A stretch of DNA of 64,000 nt, taken from NCBI RefSeq assembly GCF_009914755.1, contig NC_060926.1, one strand, 5' to 3'. This DNA comes from the human T2T-CHM13v2.0 reference genome, Homo sapiens. Made by a program: the position numbers and the translations under genes. The notes under the pieces were generated by a model that saw only the letters and a list, made by a program, of their open reading frames with translations, ran no database searches and had not been told where the DNA came from. Shown one piece after another: positions 27,021-42,975 of the stretch. The first letter of the stretch is position 1, and every line of letters begins with the position of its first letter.

Positions 27021-27507
27021 CAATGAGGTGGGTTCATAAATAACCATCACTTAAGCAGTTGAAATAAACAAATGCCTACCCAATTGCTTATATCAGTTTT
27101 AGTTAGCTCTTGAACTCTATGTTGTGTCAATATTGTAATTAATATTTACTCAGTTATTGGATGAAACATAAGTACTTAATTTTTAATGATATGATTGTTT
27201 TATTGTTTGGGGAAAGGCAGTCTGGATCGATGAAGACTAAAATTTCCATGTTATTCATTTTCCAGATGACATTTTTAATTGATACTAAAACAGTAACTTG
27301 GCCTACTGCAAATACTTACGAGTCTCCTTTAATTAACCAAGTTTCTGATATACCTTGAAATTTAACATCTCTCAGGCATTAAGTGATGGAAACATAGGTT
27401 GTAAAATGTGGACTTGAGTCTTAGTGACCATACAGTGTATTGTTTACGTTTTCAGTATTTTTATTTTCAAATTTAGTTTGATTAATTTCAAAACCTCTCT
27501 CACTCCA

Positions 27508-27620
27508 GTTCAATAAACACTTACTCAGCGCTTGCTATGTGCATAGACTATATGGGTCTACAGTTAATAAAATAACAGCAAAGTCTTTGATTTTATGGAG
27601 GTCATTGGGGAAATGAAACT
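27508..27620 (-). mobile_element. L2 3' end fragment
   Basis: ttcaataaacacttactcagcgcttgctatgtgc. Confidence 0.55.
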
Positions 27621-29067
27621 CACACATGTTATACAGGATGTTTAAAGTGATGCTGAGATCCTGGGCTGTGATGGCAACAGTAAGGCTCAAATGGAAGGCA
27701 CCCATGTCGGGGGCATCATTAAAAATCGGTGACTGACGGAATATGTCAGTCAAGAGAGAGCTAAAATGGCAATTTGGAAAGCAAAAAAGAGAGGGAAAAG
27801 AATGAAATAACATCAGCTATATCAAGAAGTTTGGACAAGCAATTATTGACCAAGTTCAAAATTGTATTTCCTTGAAGTATTTCAACTTTAAAGGCTTCTT
27901 GTTCCAAAACTAAAATTTAAAATAGAATTTATCCTCTCTAATCCTCCTGCCATTCCAGTTTTATCATCTTCTCGTGTTCTGATTCTTCTCCATCATTTTC
28001 ACATCAGTTTGACTATAAGAGAAAAATATTCAATATTGACATAACAATTATAGAATTTAGGTAGGATATCCTTATTTTATTTTAAAATGCAATGGGAAGT
28101 TGATACTTTGACCTTATTTAAAGCAAATGCATACACAATTTTTGGAAAAGGAATAATAGAGTTTTTCACTTGCATGTAAGGGGGCCAGGATTTTCAATGC
28201 AAGGGGCCCATGATTAAATACAACACAGGGTATTTAGAACTCAAAATAGTTACATGGCAGTTCCAATTCCAGATGCATAATGTTTAGTCCTGACTTGACA
28301 GAAGACAGTGAGTTTTGATAAACAAGTATAAAAATTTCCTTGTTTTTAATTGGTTTTTACAATCTCATTCTTTTCCAGTTGAGCAAATACTCATTAAGCA
28401 CCTTCTATGTGCATAGCCTAATTGGTCCTATGGCAGATAAAATAATAGCAATAATCCCAGTGTTTGTGAGATTTCCCTGTCACCCAATGACAAACGCATC
28501 TGTTCTTTGGATGCCTTTGTAATTCATAGCTAGTATTAGGAAGTTCATTTTACTCATACTCATCTTGGAAACCAATCTATTTAATTAAGAAATGCAAAGC
28601 TTTTCCAGGCTGAGGAAACATAGGACAAAATTTTATTTTTTCCCCTTTAAGTTCCTTATTCATTCCTTTGAGATACAGAGTTGACTAAGTAAGTTTGCTT
28701 TGTGATTTTCTCACTGAAGGTTATTAATTTGATTTCCAGATGGGTTACAGACACATACGATTTGCCCAATTGTAGTTTCAGTGCACAAACATAGACACTG
28801 ACTCATGCAAATTTTGCAGTTAGCTTCACAATTCTCTAACTAGCCAATCTTTAACTTGTAATTATAGGGCAGAGATAGTAGGCAACGTCTGATTATCGTG
28901 TAGTTACGTGAACAGTGGTTTGTTTAAGGGTATGATAAGGACAGTGCTCAGACCAACAGGGCTATTATTACATTTCTCTCCATGTACAGCATAGGTTCCT
29001 CCTTGAGAGATCAGAGTATTTCTAGCCCTGTGCATTTTCCTTTCTTTTCTGTATTTCTTTCTTTCTG

Positions 29068-30340
29068 GTAACAGTTTTATTGAGGTGTAGTTCATACATC
29101 ATGTATACAATTTACCCATTTAAAATATAGAATTCAATAGTTTTTAGTATATTCACAGAGTTGTGCAACTATAACCAGGATCAATTTTATGACATTTTCA
29201 ACACCCGCCAAAAAGAAACCCTGCACCCTTCAGCCATCAACTCCTAATTCCTCCATCCATTTCAGCTTTAGGCAACCACTAAGTTACTCTGTCTCTATAG
29301 ATGTTTCTATTCTGGACATTTTATATGAATGGAATCTTAAGTAGTCTTTTGTAACTGTCGTCTTTCACTTTGCATGATATTTTCAGGGTTCATCAACGTT
29401 GCAGTATATATCAGTACTTCATCACTTTTTGTGGCCAAATAACATTCCATTGTATAGATATGTCACATTTTATCTATTAGTTGATTTTTATCAGTTTATA
29501 TGTACATTGTTTCCATCTTTTGGCAATCATGGACAGTGCTGCTATAGATATTAATTTACAAGTTTTCATATGGACATGTGTTTTCATTTCTCTTAGTTAT
29601 ATACCTAGGAGTGGAGTTGCTAAGTCAAATGGAACCTTTATGTTTAATTTTATGAGGAACGGCCCAGATGTTTTCCAAAGTGGCAGCACTTTACATTCTC
29701 ATCAGCAGTGTATGAGGATTCTGATTTCTCCACATCCTCACCAACATTTGTTGTTATTTGTCTTTTCAGTTACAACCACCTTAGTGTGTAGAAAATAGTA
29801 TCTCATGCTGTATGTGTGTGTGTGTGTGTGTGTGTTTGCATTTTCCTGATAACTAATGATGATGAGCACCTTTTCATGTGATTACTGACGATTTGTATAT
29901 ATTCTTTGGAGAAGTGTCTATTCATATCCTTTGCTAATTTTTAAATAGTTGTTAGTCTTTTTATTATTGAGTTATAATTGTTCTTATATTTTAGATACAA
30001 GACCTTATTAGATATATAATTCTAAATGATAGTATCTCCCATTTTGAGGGTTGTGTTTTCACTTTCTTAATAGTAGCCTTTGAAGCACAAGAGTTTTTAA
30101 AGTTGATAAAGTCCGAATTATCTTTTATTTTTTTTGTTACTTGTGCTTTTGGTATCATATTTAAGAAAATACTGCCAAATCCATGGTTCTGAATATTTAT
30201 GCCTATGTTTTCTTAAAATTTATAGTTTTATCTTTTACATTTAGATCAGTGATTTTAAGTTAAGTTGTTCATATGGTATAAGGTGAGGGTTTAACTTCAT
30301 TCACTAGCAATGGGGATATCCTGATTGCTGGTCCTGACAC
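29068..30340 (-). mobile_element. L1MB 3' portion with internal (TG)n near 29813-29835
   Basis: ttttattgaggtgtagttcatac...ttcacagagttgtgcaactata 3'UTR continuing into ORF2 C-terminal sequence. Confidence 0.9.
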
Positions 30341-30613
30341 CATTTTAATATGATAAGTTTTTATTGTGGTTACCTCTCAGAATTTCATTAACTTCCTTAT
30401 TGTCAATGTAACTGAATAATTGACCAGACGAATTGGTCTAGAATATATTTGGCAGATATTCTATGATTCAGCCAATTTTTCTAATTTCCCATAGGACAAA
30501 ATTTGAGGATAGAAGAATATTCAGAAATTTTCTTCAAATATCAGATGTGGGTGATCTATTCTGAAACATTTTACTCACTCTCTATTATTTAGGGCATGTA
30601 TTTTCTGGGGTGG

Positions 30614-31530
30614 TTTCTTAGTCTATTTGGGCTGCTTTTACCAAATACCTTAGAATGAGTAATTTATAAGTAAGAAGAATTTATTGCTTATGGTTCTGGA
30701 GGATGAGAAGTTTATTTTATTATACTTTAAGTTTTAGGGTACATGTGCACAATGTGCAGGTTTGTCACATATGTATACATGTGCCATGTTGGTGTGCTGC
30801 ACCCATTAGCTCGTCATTTACATTAGGTATATCTCCTAATGCTATCCCTCCCCGCTTCCCCCATCCCACGACAGGCCCTGGTGTGTGCTGTTCCCCATCC
30901 TGTGTCCAAGTGTTCTCATTGTTCAATTCCCACCTATGAGTGAGAACATGTGGTGTTTGGTTTCCAGCTTCATCCATGTCCCTACAAACGACATGAACTC
31001 ATCCTTTTTTATGGCTGCATGGTATTCCGTGGTGTATATGTGCCACATTTTCTTAATCCAGTCTATCACTGATGGACATTTGGGTTGGTTCCAAGTCCTT
31101 GCTATTGTGAATAGTGCCACAATAAGCATACGTATGCGTGTGTCTTTATAGTAGCATGATTTATAATCCTTTGGGTATACCCAGTAATGGGATGGCTGGG
31201 TCAAATGGTATTTCTAGTTCTAGATCCTTGAGGAATTGCCACACTGTCTTCCACAATGGTTGAACTAGTTTACAGTCTGGAGGATGAGAAGTTTAAGGTT
31301 AAGGTGTAGAGTCATTGTTGGTAAGGGCTTGCTCTCTGCTTCATAGATAATGCCTTGCTGTGTCTTCACATGGGAGAAGGAAGAAGGGAGGTTTTTCTGT
31401 GCCTTTTTAAGAAGGGCATTAATTCTGTTCACGAGGGTGGAGCCTCATGACTTAATAACTTCGCAAAAGTCCAACCTCTTAATACTATCACAGCAGGTCT
31501 TAGGTTTTAAATATGAATTTTTTGATAGCA
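30614..31530 (-). mobile_element. MLT1A-type MaLR solo LTR interrupted by L1PA
   Basis: cttagtctatttgggctgct...aatttattgcttatggttctggagg; homologous in reverse to 47532-47901. Confidence 0.85.
30714..31275 (-). mobile_element. L1PA (PA3-5-like) 3' end, 5'-truncated
   Basis: attatactttaagttttagggtacatgtgcac; 19-bp TSD tctggaggatgagaagttt at 30695-30713 and 31276-31294; ORF2 C-terminus in ORF 30923-31204. Confidence 0.95.
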
Positions 31531-33502
31531 AGGAGGAACAGCATTGAGTAGCAGTGAGTAGATCCCTTATTATTCATAAACAGCATGATCTAAGTGAGGT
31601 AATATGAACTTGTCTTTGTATTATGCTTTAGCTTCATTAATCCAGAATAAAGATTGATTGATTTTCCATAGTTTGTATCTTGTTGGGGGAGAGGGGCATG
31701 TTTGTGTGGAGTTATTAGGAGTCGTGGTTATTGAACCGTTGTGGGGGATTCAATGTGGAAAAATTTTCTATGGATAAAAGCAACCTGTGTTTTAAGGCAC
31801 AGATGATAGGTTTTATAGATACTATGGTTACAAAATCTTTGATCCATAGGAGTTTCCTGAGTAGACTGACTTTCTAAGCAGAATATCCTTGGCTTGGTTT
31901 AATTGAGGAGCCTTCTTTTTAATTGTTTTTCAAATTTATTATTTTTTAAATGATATTGTATTTATTTATCATGTGTAACACATTTTGAAGTATATATACA
32001 TGTGGAATGGTTAAATCTATCTAATTAACAAATTAACTTACATGGTTATCATTTTTGTGGTAAGGACACTTATTCACTCTCAGCATTTTTCAAGAATTCA
32101 ATATATCATCATTAGCTATAGTCGCCATGCCGTACAGTGTGTACAGTAGATCCCTTGAACATATTCCTCTTGTGTAACTGTAAATATGTATCCTTTTACT
32201 AACATCTCCCTATAGCCAACCCTGCATAATCATTCTAGCCTCTGGTAGCCGCCTTTCAACTCTTTATCAATGAAATATAAACATTTTTAGATTCTACCTA
32301 TGAATGAGATCAGTCATATTTGTCTTTCTGTGCCTGAAATTTCATTTAACATAATGTCTCTACGTTTATCCATGTTGTTGCATAAAAACAGAATTTTCTT
32401 CTTTTTCATGGCCCAGTAGTATTCCATTGTGTGTTATACACCACATTTTCTTTATCCAGTCATCCACTGATGGACCATAGTTTGATTCTGTATCTTGGCC
32501 ATTGTGAATAGTGCTGCAATAAACATAGGGAGTGTGGATATCTCTCTGCCATACTAATTTCAATTTCTTTGGATAAATACCCAGTAGAAGGATTCCTGGA
32601 TCATATGGTAGTTATATTTTAATTTTTACCCCATACTGTTTCCCATATTAGATGTACTAATTTGCCTTCCCTCCAACAGTGTGGAAGGGTTTCCTTTTCT
32701 CCACACTCTCATCAACACTTGTTATCTTTTGTCTTTTTGATAATATTCATTTTAATTGCAATGAGGTGATTTCGTATTTGATTTGAGTTAATTTCCTGAT
32801 GATTAGTGTTGTTGAGTATTTTTATATATCTGTTGACTATGTGTATATCTTCTTTTGAGAAATGTCTATATGGGTCTTTTGCCCATTTTTAAAGTTATTT
32901 GTTTTATTGAGATGGAGTTGAGTTCCTTATATGTTTTGAATATTACCACCGTATCAGATATAAATGTTGTAAATATTTTTTTCATTCTGTAGCTTCTTTC
33001 TTTACTTTGTTGTTTCTTTGCCATGCAGAAGCTTTTTAGTTTGAAATATAACCATTTGTTTATTTTTGATTTTGGTGCTTGTGTTTGTGAGATTATACCC
33101 AGAAAATCATTGCCCAGACCAATGTGATTGGGCTTTTCCTGTATGTTTTTTTTCTAGTAGTTTCATAGTTTTGGGTCTTATATTTAAGACTAATACATTT
33201 TGAGCTGGTTTTCTGTATAGGTTGGTAGGTAAGAGTCTAATTTTACTTTTCTAAATGTGGATATCCAGTTTTTCCAACACTATTTATTGACAAGACTTTT
33301 CTTTTCTCATTGTTGGTCAAAAATCAGTTGGCTGTAAATGCATGAATTTATTTGTGTTCCATTGGTCTTTGTGTTTGTATATACCAGTACCATGCTGTTT
33401 TGGTTACTATAACTTTGTTGTATATTTCGAAGTTAGGTAGTGCAGTGCCACTGGATTTGCTCTTTTTGTTCAAGATTGCTTTAGCTACTTGGGATCTTTT
33501 TC

Positions 33503-33790
33503 TGGAAACCATCGTTCTCAGCAAACTATCGCAAGGACAAAAAACCAAACACCACATGTTCTCACTCATAGGTGGGAATTGAACAATGAGATCACTTGGA
33601 CACAAGAAGGGGAACACACACTGGGGCCTGTCATGGGGTAGGGGGAGGGGAGAGGGATAGCATTAGGAGATATACCTAATATAAATGATGAGTTAATGGG
33701 TGCAGCACACCAACATGGCACATGTATACATATGTAACAAACCTGCACATTGTGCACATGTACCCTAGAAGTTAAAGTATAATTTAAAAA
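33503..33790 (+). mobile_element. Young L1PA 3'UTR fragment without TSD
   Basis: ctggaaaccatcgttctcagcaaactatcgcaagg...taccctagaagttaaagtataat plus short A tail. Confidence 0.93.
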
Positions 33791-34096
33791 AATTTTGAGG
33801 ATTTTTTTTCTATATCTGTGAAGAATATCATTAGAATTTTGATAGGAATTGCATTGAATATGTAGATGACTTTGAGTAGTATAGACATTTTAACAATATT
33901 AATTGATATCTATTTGTGTCATCTTCAGTTTCTTTCATCAATGCTTGATAGTTCTCAGTGTAGATTTTTTGCCTTTTTGGTTAAATTTATTTCTAAGTAT
34001 TTTATTTTTTGAGGCTGTTCTAAATGGGTTTGTTTTCTTGGTTTCTTTTTGAGATAGTTTGCTCTTAGTATATAGAAATGCTACTTTTTTTTTTTT

Positions 34097-34762
<666 letters not shown>

Positions 34763-35513
34763 TTTTGTTTTTTTTTAACTTTTAAGTTCGGGGGAACATG
34801 TGCAGGTTGGATATATAGGTAAACTTGTATCATGGGGGTTTGTTGTACATATTATTTCATCACCCAATTATTAAGCCTAATACCCATTAGGTGTGTTTTC
34901 TGAACCTGTCCTTCCTCCCAACCTCCACCTTCCAACAGCCTCAAGTGTCCATTGATCCCCTCTTTGTGTCCATGTCTTCTCATCATTTAGCTCCCACTTA
35001 TAAGTAAGAACACATGGTATTTGGTTCTCTGTTCCTGCATTAATTTGCTAAGGATAATGGATTCCAGCTCCATCCATGTTCTTGCAAAGGACATGATTTT
35101 GTTCTTTTTTATGGCTGAGAAGTATCCTATGGTGTATATGTACCACATTTTCTTTATCCAGTCTACGATTGATGGGCATTTAAGTTGATTCCACGTCTTT
35201 GCTATTGTGAATAGGGCCGCAATGAACATAAACACGCATGTGTGTTTATAATAGAACAATTTACATTCCTTTGGGTATATACCCCACATTGGAATTTTGG
35301 GAGGAATTGCAGGGTCTAATGGTAATTCTGATTTGAGGTCTTTGAAGAGTTGTCACCGTTTTCCATAATGATTGAACTAGTTTACACTCCCACCAGCAGT
35401 GTATAAGCATCGCTTTTTCTCCACAACCTCATCAGCACTTGTTATTTTTTAACTTTTTAATAGTAGCCATTCTGACTTTTATGAGATGGTATTTCATTGT
35501 GATTTTGACTTGC
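34763..35513 (-). mobile_element. L1PA (PA13-like) 3' end, 5'-truncated
   Basis: ataggtaaacttgtatcatgggggtttgttgtacatattatttcatcaccca 3'UTR; ORF2 C-terminus in ORF 34987-35289. Confidence 0.92.
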
Positions 35514-36408
35514 ATAGAAATGCTACTGATTTTTGTATCTTGACTTTGTATGCTGCAACTTTACTAAATTTGTTTGTAAGTCCTAACAAGTTTGTTGGTG
35601 GAGTCTTTAGAGAAACTCTTTTAGTCTTTATAATATGTTGTCTCACAAAATTTGATAATTATTAAATGTAACATTTTATTAACAATGCATCTCTTAATGA
35701 GATGAATATACATTTTTAAAAAGTGTTGTTTACATGGGCAAGCATTGTTTATTAGTAGAATGGGAGAAGGTTTAGTATCAGATTTATTCCTAAATTAATA
35801 ATTTGTTTGTTTTTCATAGTTTAAAGACTAAGGACATGTATTTATATTAACAAGCAGATGGGAATAGCAGAAGGATGGTTATATTAATTTTGTCCAATTA
35901 CATGAACTTCAGCATTATATATCTGAATCACATCATCTATAATTTAAAATAAATAATTTTAAATTACCAACTTATTTTTGAAAGTAGTGAACTGGGAGGA
36001 GACTGACCTGCCAAATGTTTTTATCAATTGGCTACTACTAACAATTGCATGAATACTAAATCCAGGAAAAAAATAGCATAAATTTACAAAAATTAATTTA
36101 TATACATATTCTTGTTGCAGAAATGTAAATAGGATGTTAAATCAAAGACTTTCAAACATAGAAACATGTCACTCAGATAAAATTCTGTGGGAGAAGTGAA
36201 ATGGAAATACAAATTAAGGTTAAAAACGAGTCATGTGAAATATTAATCATTTAAAGAGGAACTTATTCACGTATTTTTATAATGCATGGCACATATTAAA
36301 TTGCCATAGTAAGTATATTAAATATATTACATTTTTAAAGTGATATATCAGTTTTAAATTTTCAATATTTACAACATGGTAAAAATTATATTCTTAGCAT
36401 TTACTTGA

Positions 36409-36744
<336 letters not shown>

Positions 36745-37202
36745 TAAAATTTTCTTTCCTCTTAGCTACACTCTTTCCAGAACCTTGTACTATTATTTTT
36801 AACTTTGCTGTTTATTCTTTCCAGGCATTGGGCTCCAGTACTGTTTTCATATAATCAGGTTCCATAGTCCATTGTACATGTTTCCATTACCTCAAGGCCT
36901 GTTCATCTCTTCCTTCCTTCCTTATTCATTTCTTGCTTATGCCCTTAGTATTTTGCGCCATTCACAATTAATCATACTTCTTGGAAAAGTTTCAATTTTG
37001 AAACTGGATAAAAATTATTTTTTCAGATAAGTCTGCATTTCTCAGTTGATGATAGTTAAAAAAAAGCAAATATTGACTGGTCTGACTGTATGTTAAATAG
37101 TTTTAGTAAATGTTTATGTACTAAATATTTTAAATAAAAGCAGAGGTTATTAGAGTGTATAAATATCAAGATTTAATTGTATACTGTCTACAAGAAAACC
37201 AC

Positions 37203-37496
37203 TTTTTATTTATTTATTTAGAGACATAGTTTCCCTCCGTCACCCAGGCTGGAATGCAGTGGCGTGGTCTGCAACCTCTGCCTCCTGGGTTCAAACAATT
37301 CTTGTGCCTTTGACCTCCTGAGTAGCTGGGATTATAGGTGCACCCCACCACACCCAGCTAATTTTTTTGTATTATTAGTACAGATGGGGTTTCACCATGT
37401 TAGCCAGGCTGGTCTCAAACTCCTGGCCTCAAGTGATCTGCCTGCCTTGGCCTCCCAAAGTTTTGGGATTACAGGCGTGAGCCACTGCGCCTGGTC
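37203..37496 (-). mobile_element. AluJb-like
   Basis: ctcctggcctcaagtgatc; TSD gaaaaccac at 37194-37202 and 37497-37505. Confidence 0.92.
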
Positions 37497-38416
37497 GAAA
37501 ACCACCTGTAATATAAAAATACAGACGGGATACAAAAGAAATGATAGGGAAAGATATTCCATACCAACACTAATCATAATAAAGTTATATAAAAAATTAA
37601 TCAACAATACATAAGAATACAATATTATGTACACAATAACCTATAAAAATGCATGAAGGAAAAACTGATAGAACTGAAAGGAGAATTAGGCAATTTCAGA
37701 ATTACAGTTGGAGATTTCAAAACTCCTTTCTCAGTAATTGATAAAGCATGTAAACAGAAAATTAGTGAAGATATAGTAGGTTTAAACGACACTATCAAAT
37801 GAGTTAAATCAATTCACATTTATTGATTTTTCTGTCCTCAAATAACAGAATACTTTGTTTTTAATTTTCTGAACTATACGTGTAATGCTCATTAAGATAG
37901 GAGACATTTTGGCCATAAAACAAGTCTCAGTCAATTTAGAAGTATTGAAATAAAACAGCATATTCTCTAACCGTAATAGAATCGAAGTTACTTTATTCTA
38001 TGTAAAGTTCTAAATGCCACTAACAAAAGGATATATAGAAAATCTCAAAATTTTAAAAATTAAGGTAGATGGTTTTAAATAACCAACGGATCTAAGAAAA
38101 ATTGAAAATGAAATTTTTTGTTAATGAAAAGGAATGCACCTAAAGCAGTATTTATTATTTTAGAAAATAATAAAGGCCTAAAATCAATTATTTAAGTTTT
38201 CAATTTAAGAGAAAAAGAAAAACACCAGACCCAAAATAAGTACAAGAAAGTAAATAATGAAGTACTAAAATTATTAAAAAGGGATGAGAGAAATCAATGA
38301 AGCCAATACCTGGTTTCTCAAAATAGCAATAAAATTGAGAAATGTCTAGTTAGATTGAGCAAGAAAAAAGAGATGACGTAAGTTACCGTATCTGAAATAA
38401 AACAGGCAGCTACTTA

Positions 38417-38868
<452 letters not shown>

Positions 38869-39006
38869 TTAGAAACACCTGTAGGGCCAAATGCTTCATA
38901 GGTGAGTGGTATAAAACACTTAAGGCATGAATTATACTCATTTTATATAAACTCTTTCAGAAAATTAAAAAGGGCAAGCTTCTTAACTTATTTTATGATA
39001 CTAATA

Positions 39007-39670
39007 CATTAGTCTCCCCCTTATCTGCAGGGGTATGTTCCAAGACCCCCAGTGGATGCCCAAAACTGTGGGTATTACCAACCCATGTGGTTACTGTAAT
39101 ATGATTGTTCACATACATGCATACCTATGATAAAGTTTAATTTGCAAATTAGACATAGTGAGAGATTAACAACGATAATAATGGAACAGTATAACAATAT
39201 TTTGTAATAAAATTATGTGGCTGTAGTCTCTCTTTCTCAAAATATCTTATTATACTGTACTCACCCTTCTTGGAATGATGTGAGTTGATAAAATGCCTAC
39301 ACGATGAGATGAAGTGAGATGAATGACATAGGCATTGTGATGTAACATGAGGCTGCTGTCATCTGCTTTGGGTGATCCTGGGTCATCAAGCCATGATGAT
39401 GTTGATGGTTGGATGTCAGAAGCAGATGTTGATGTCTAACAGGTGGGCAGTTTCTACAGAATGGATCTGCTGGACAAAGGGATGCTTCCTGTCCCTGGTG
39501 GAACAGAGTGGGATAGTGAGAAGTTTCATCACATTACTCAGAATGGCATACAATTTAAAAGTTATGCATTTTTTATTTACCGAATTTCTGATTTAATATT
39601 TTTAGACCACAGTCGACCTCCAGTAACTGAAACTGCTGAAAGCAACACCATGGATAAGGGGATACTACTG
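39007..39670. mobile_element. MER44 (Tigger-type, C/D-like)
   Basis: TIRs cattagtctcccccttatct / ggataaggggatactactg with flanking TA at both ends. Confidence 0.88.
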
Positions 39671-39953
39671 TATTATCCTAATGAAAAACCAGAAGGTAGA
39701 CATTATGGGAAAAGAAAACTACTTAATCATATCCCTCACAAACATTAATGTTAATATCTTTGGTATAATATTAGCAAAATAAATCCAGCAATATATAAAA
39801 ATGATAATATGCTAAAACTAAGTGGAGTTTATCCAAGGAATGTAAAATAAGATTAATATTTAAAAATTAAGATTCTAGTTTTATCCAAGACTGAATAAGT
39901 TCACTACAGTCTAGCTCTGTATCCCACTCACTGAAATGAAAAAATTCTGGAAG

Positions 39954-39957
<4 letters not shown>

Positions 39958-39997
<40 letters not shown>
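39958..39997. repeat. (CA)n microsatellite
   Basis: About 19-20 perfect CA units. Confidence 0.97.
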
Positions 39998-39999
<2 letters not shown>

Positions 40000-40161
40000 A
40001 TCTCTAGCTGGGAAGTAAACAACAGTAGACAGATGGGGAGGGAGCAAAAATTAATGAGTGACCATAAATGGGGTAAGGCTAAACCTCAGATATATCTCTT
40101 TTCCTGGACAATAAAGAATACTATAAGCAATTCTATGTTCATAAATTTTATAACTTCAATT

Positions 40162-40376
40162 GAAGGGTTAGCAAACTGTGGCCTTTGGGCCAGTTTAACC
40201 GGTTGTGTTTTTATAATTAAAATTTTGTTAGAAGACAACTACATGTTAATTTATTGTCTATCGCTGCTTTCATGGTACAACATCAGAGCTGAATGCTTGT
40301 GATAGAGACAGTATGATCTGTAAACCTGAAATATTTACTGTATGGTCCTCTATCGGGAAGATTAGTTCACCTCTGA
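40162..40376 (+). mobile_element. MER58A
   Basis: gggttagcaaactgtggcc...ttattgtctatcgctgctttcat...aaatatttactgtatggtcc. Confidence 0.85.
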
Positions 40377-40399
40377 CTTTCTTTCAGGGTCAATCTTAA

Positions 40400-41080
40400 G
40401 TCAGATATTATGGAATTATTCTTGACTTGGTATCAAATCTATCAGCAAATATATTGGTTCTACCTTCAAACAGAATCCAGAACTCAAATATTCCTCTTTA
40501 TCCTTACAGCTAATCTTCTGTTCCAGACCACAATTTGCTCTCACCTGAATTATTGCTGCGCATTTCTCTACGGTTTATGTTGGTTGGTTTGCTTTCTTCA
40601 CTACACCTCTGCACTCCTTATTAACCACTGAGAAGCAAAACTGATTTGTTTGAAATGGAATTCTGCTCATAACCTTCCTGTGTCTTCCCAGTTTGCTTAG
40701 AGTAAAAACCAAAGTCCTTACAATGTCCAAAAGACCCAACATAATACTCCCATCTACTTAGCATCTCTACATCCAGCATTTGATATATCTTATTTCCTGC
40801 TCCAACTCATTTCCTGATACTCTTCCTGATTGACCCACTTTAGCTCCATTGGACTCTGAGCAGTTCCTTGAAAATGTCAGACCCTCTTCTGGTCAGGTTT
40901 TCAGCACTGTGCTTCAGATTTCTACTCAAATGTCATACGATCAGTGATATCTTTTGTGAGCACTCACAGTTACAGTGTTATCCTCCAAATCCCCACTCTC
41001 CCTTCACTTTACCTTGTTATATATTTTTTTCAGTATTCATCACCATCTAACAATAAAAAATATTTATTGATGAATATAGA
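40400..41080 (+). mobile_element. L2 3' region
   Basis: ggttctaccttcaaacagaatccagaa...ctcacctgaattattgc...agagtaaaaaccaaagtcctt...aaatatttattgatgaat. Confidence 0.8.
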
Positions 41081-41189
41081 AGCATATATAATACTTGCTC
41101 GAGAAAAAACATTTAATATTGAGAAATTTTTCAATATATATTCGGAGAAATACATGCTCCCCTGAATAGTCCCCAATTCTGTAAGTAAA

Positions 41190-41190
41190 T

Positions 41191-41226
<36 letters not shown>
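41190..41226. repeat. Compound (TA)n(TG)n microsatellite
   Basis: Seen directly. Confidence 0.95.
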
Positions 41227-41546
41227 GAAAAGGATGTATAGGTTTACCAAGATTTTACTTCTTTGAGGAAGAATGAGTGGTTTTGCTTTTCTTCTTCAAC
41301 TTTCTACAGTTAGTTTATTATTTTATAAATGGGCCCAAATATTATAAAAATGCAAATGTATTAACTGAAAAAGGTGGTTAATTGAGAGAACTCTTTATCT
41401 TAGTCCTTCTGTTTGGCATTAGGAACAGATATTTATAGGGCCCTGAGTTCAGGGACTTCAAACAGCAGATATGTTTCCAGACAAGCTATTCTTGAATGTG
41501 TACTGCTGAGGAGGTACTTATTTTAAGGGGCTGGAATATGGGTTGA

Positions 41547-41758
<212 letters not shown>

Positions 41759-42975
41759 TAAACCTATGTTTAGGTGTCTAATCATTCAAACTATCTTTCA
41801 GAGGGACGTAATTTTAATAATTTAAGATCATTCAAATGTAGCAATTCACACTCCACATTAATTTGATAATTACTTTTGACAAGATTACAAATTTAATTAT
41901 TTAAATACATGACTAGACTTTTGACATGTGTAAACTGTGGATATATTATTCATGCCTCAAGTCGTCTTCCTGTTTTCATCAGGGCTTCAAATAAACCAAA
42001 GCCTTAACACCACGTGGATTGCTTTCACTTCTAAATATATCTATGTGAAAACTTCACCGACCACAGCTAAACTAGGTGTTATCAGCTAATTGTACTGTCA
42101 ATTTTAGATTAACAGATTCCAGGAGAAGGTGGGAAAGTCTAATAACCCATGGCTGAGAAATTTGTTTACATTTTTTCACCTTCTGAAGAATTAGTGAGCA
42201 TTGTCTTCAGAGATGTTCCAAGTTGAAACAGCATGTATGTCCTAAATAGAATAACAACTTTTTAAACAAAGTGAGTTTACTTCAAAGAAATGTACCTTTG
42301 TGAAAAAATAAATGGAATTGTACAATTTTAAAGTTCACTAGCCACTAAAATTACTTGTCACTGTATAGAAGAGTCATTTAGACGTCTCACTCATTTGGTT
42401 CCATAAGATCTGATATGAAAATACATCGCCAACTCTTGTTTGAATTCGAACAAATGGGTATTTATTTACTACACTACCAGCCACAGAATTTGATGACCCT
42501 AGTGTTACGGGAAGTAGAATTTCTAAAGTTTTCCTTGGAAAACTCTTTCTTGGTCTAATTTTTGCAGACACATACATTTCTTGGAAGTTTTCTGGCCGCT
42601 TCCTCTAATAAAGTGATAACTGCTATAATCTCTCTATCTCTATAGCCTCGTGGCATCTAATATCTGTTAACTCTTGTTGTTGAATAGTCTACAAATTCAG
42701 ATGTTTTCTCCACAGAACTCCTATGTCCTGCCACAAGTCTCCCTTCCTCCATTGATTTTTGTGTTCATGGTAAAGGGGAATCTCCTGACTAGAAGTGTAA
42801 AATTAGCCAATTGTTAGAAGTAATGAAAATAAGTAGAATAGATTCCTTGTCCAATGTTGACTGGGAACCTAATGATGCTTTTGAAAGCCTGCAGGAAATA
42901 AGGGATAAGCTCTTGGCCAACAGACCTTGGAAGGGAGAAATAACTTCCATTGGCAGTTGGAACAGATGGTATCTT

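Noticed and set aside
39870-40080. Possible L1 5'-end remnant around the (CA)n
   Set aside because: Similarity too weak to assign without alignment.
42360-42580. Possible coding exon in unique sequence
   Set aside because: Open frames on both strands but weak splice sites and no recognisable protein.
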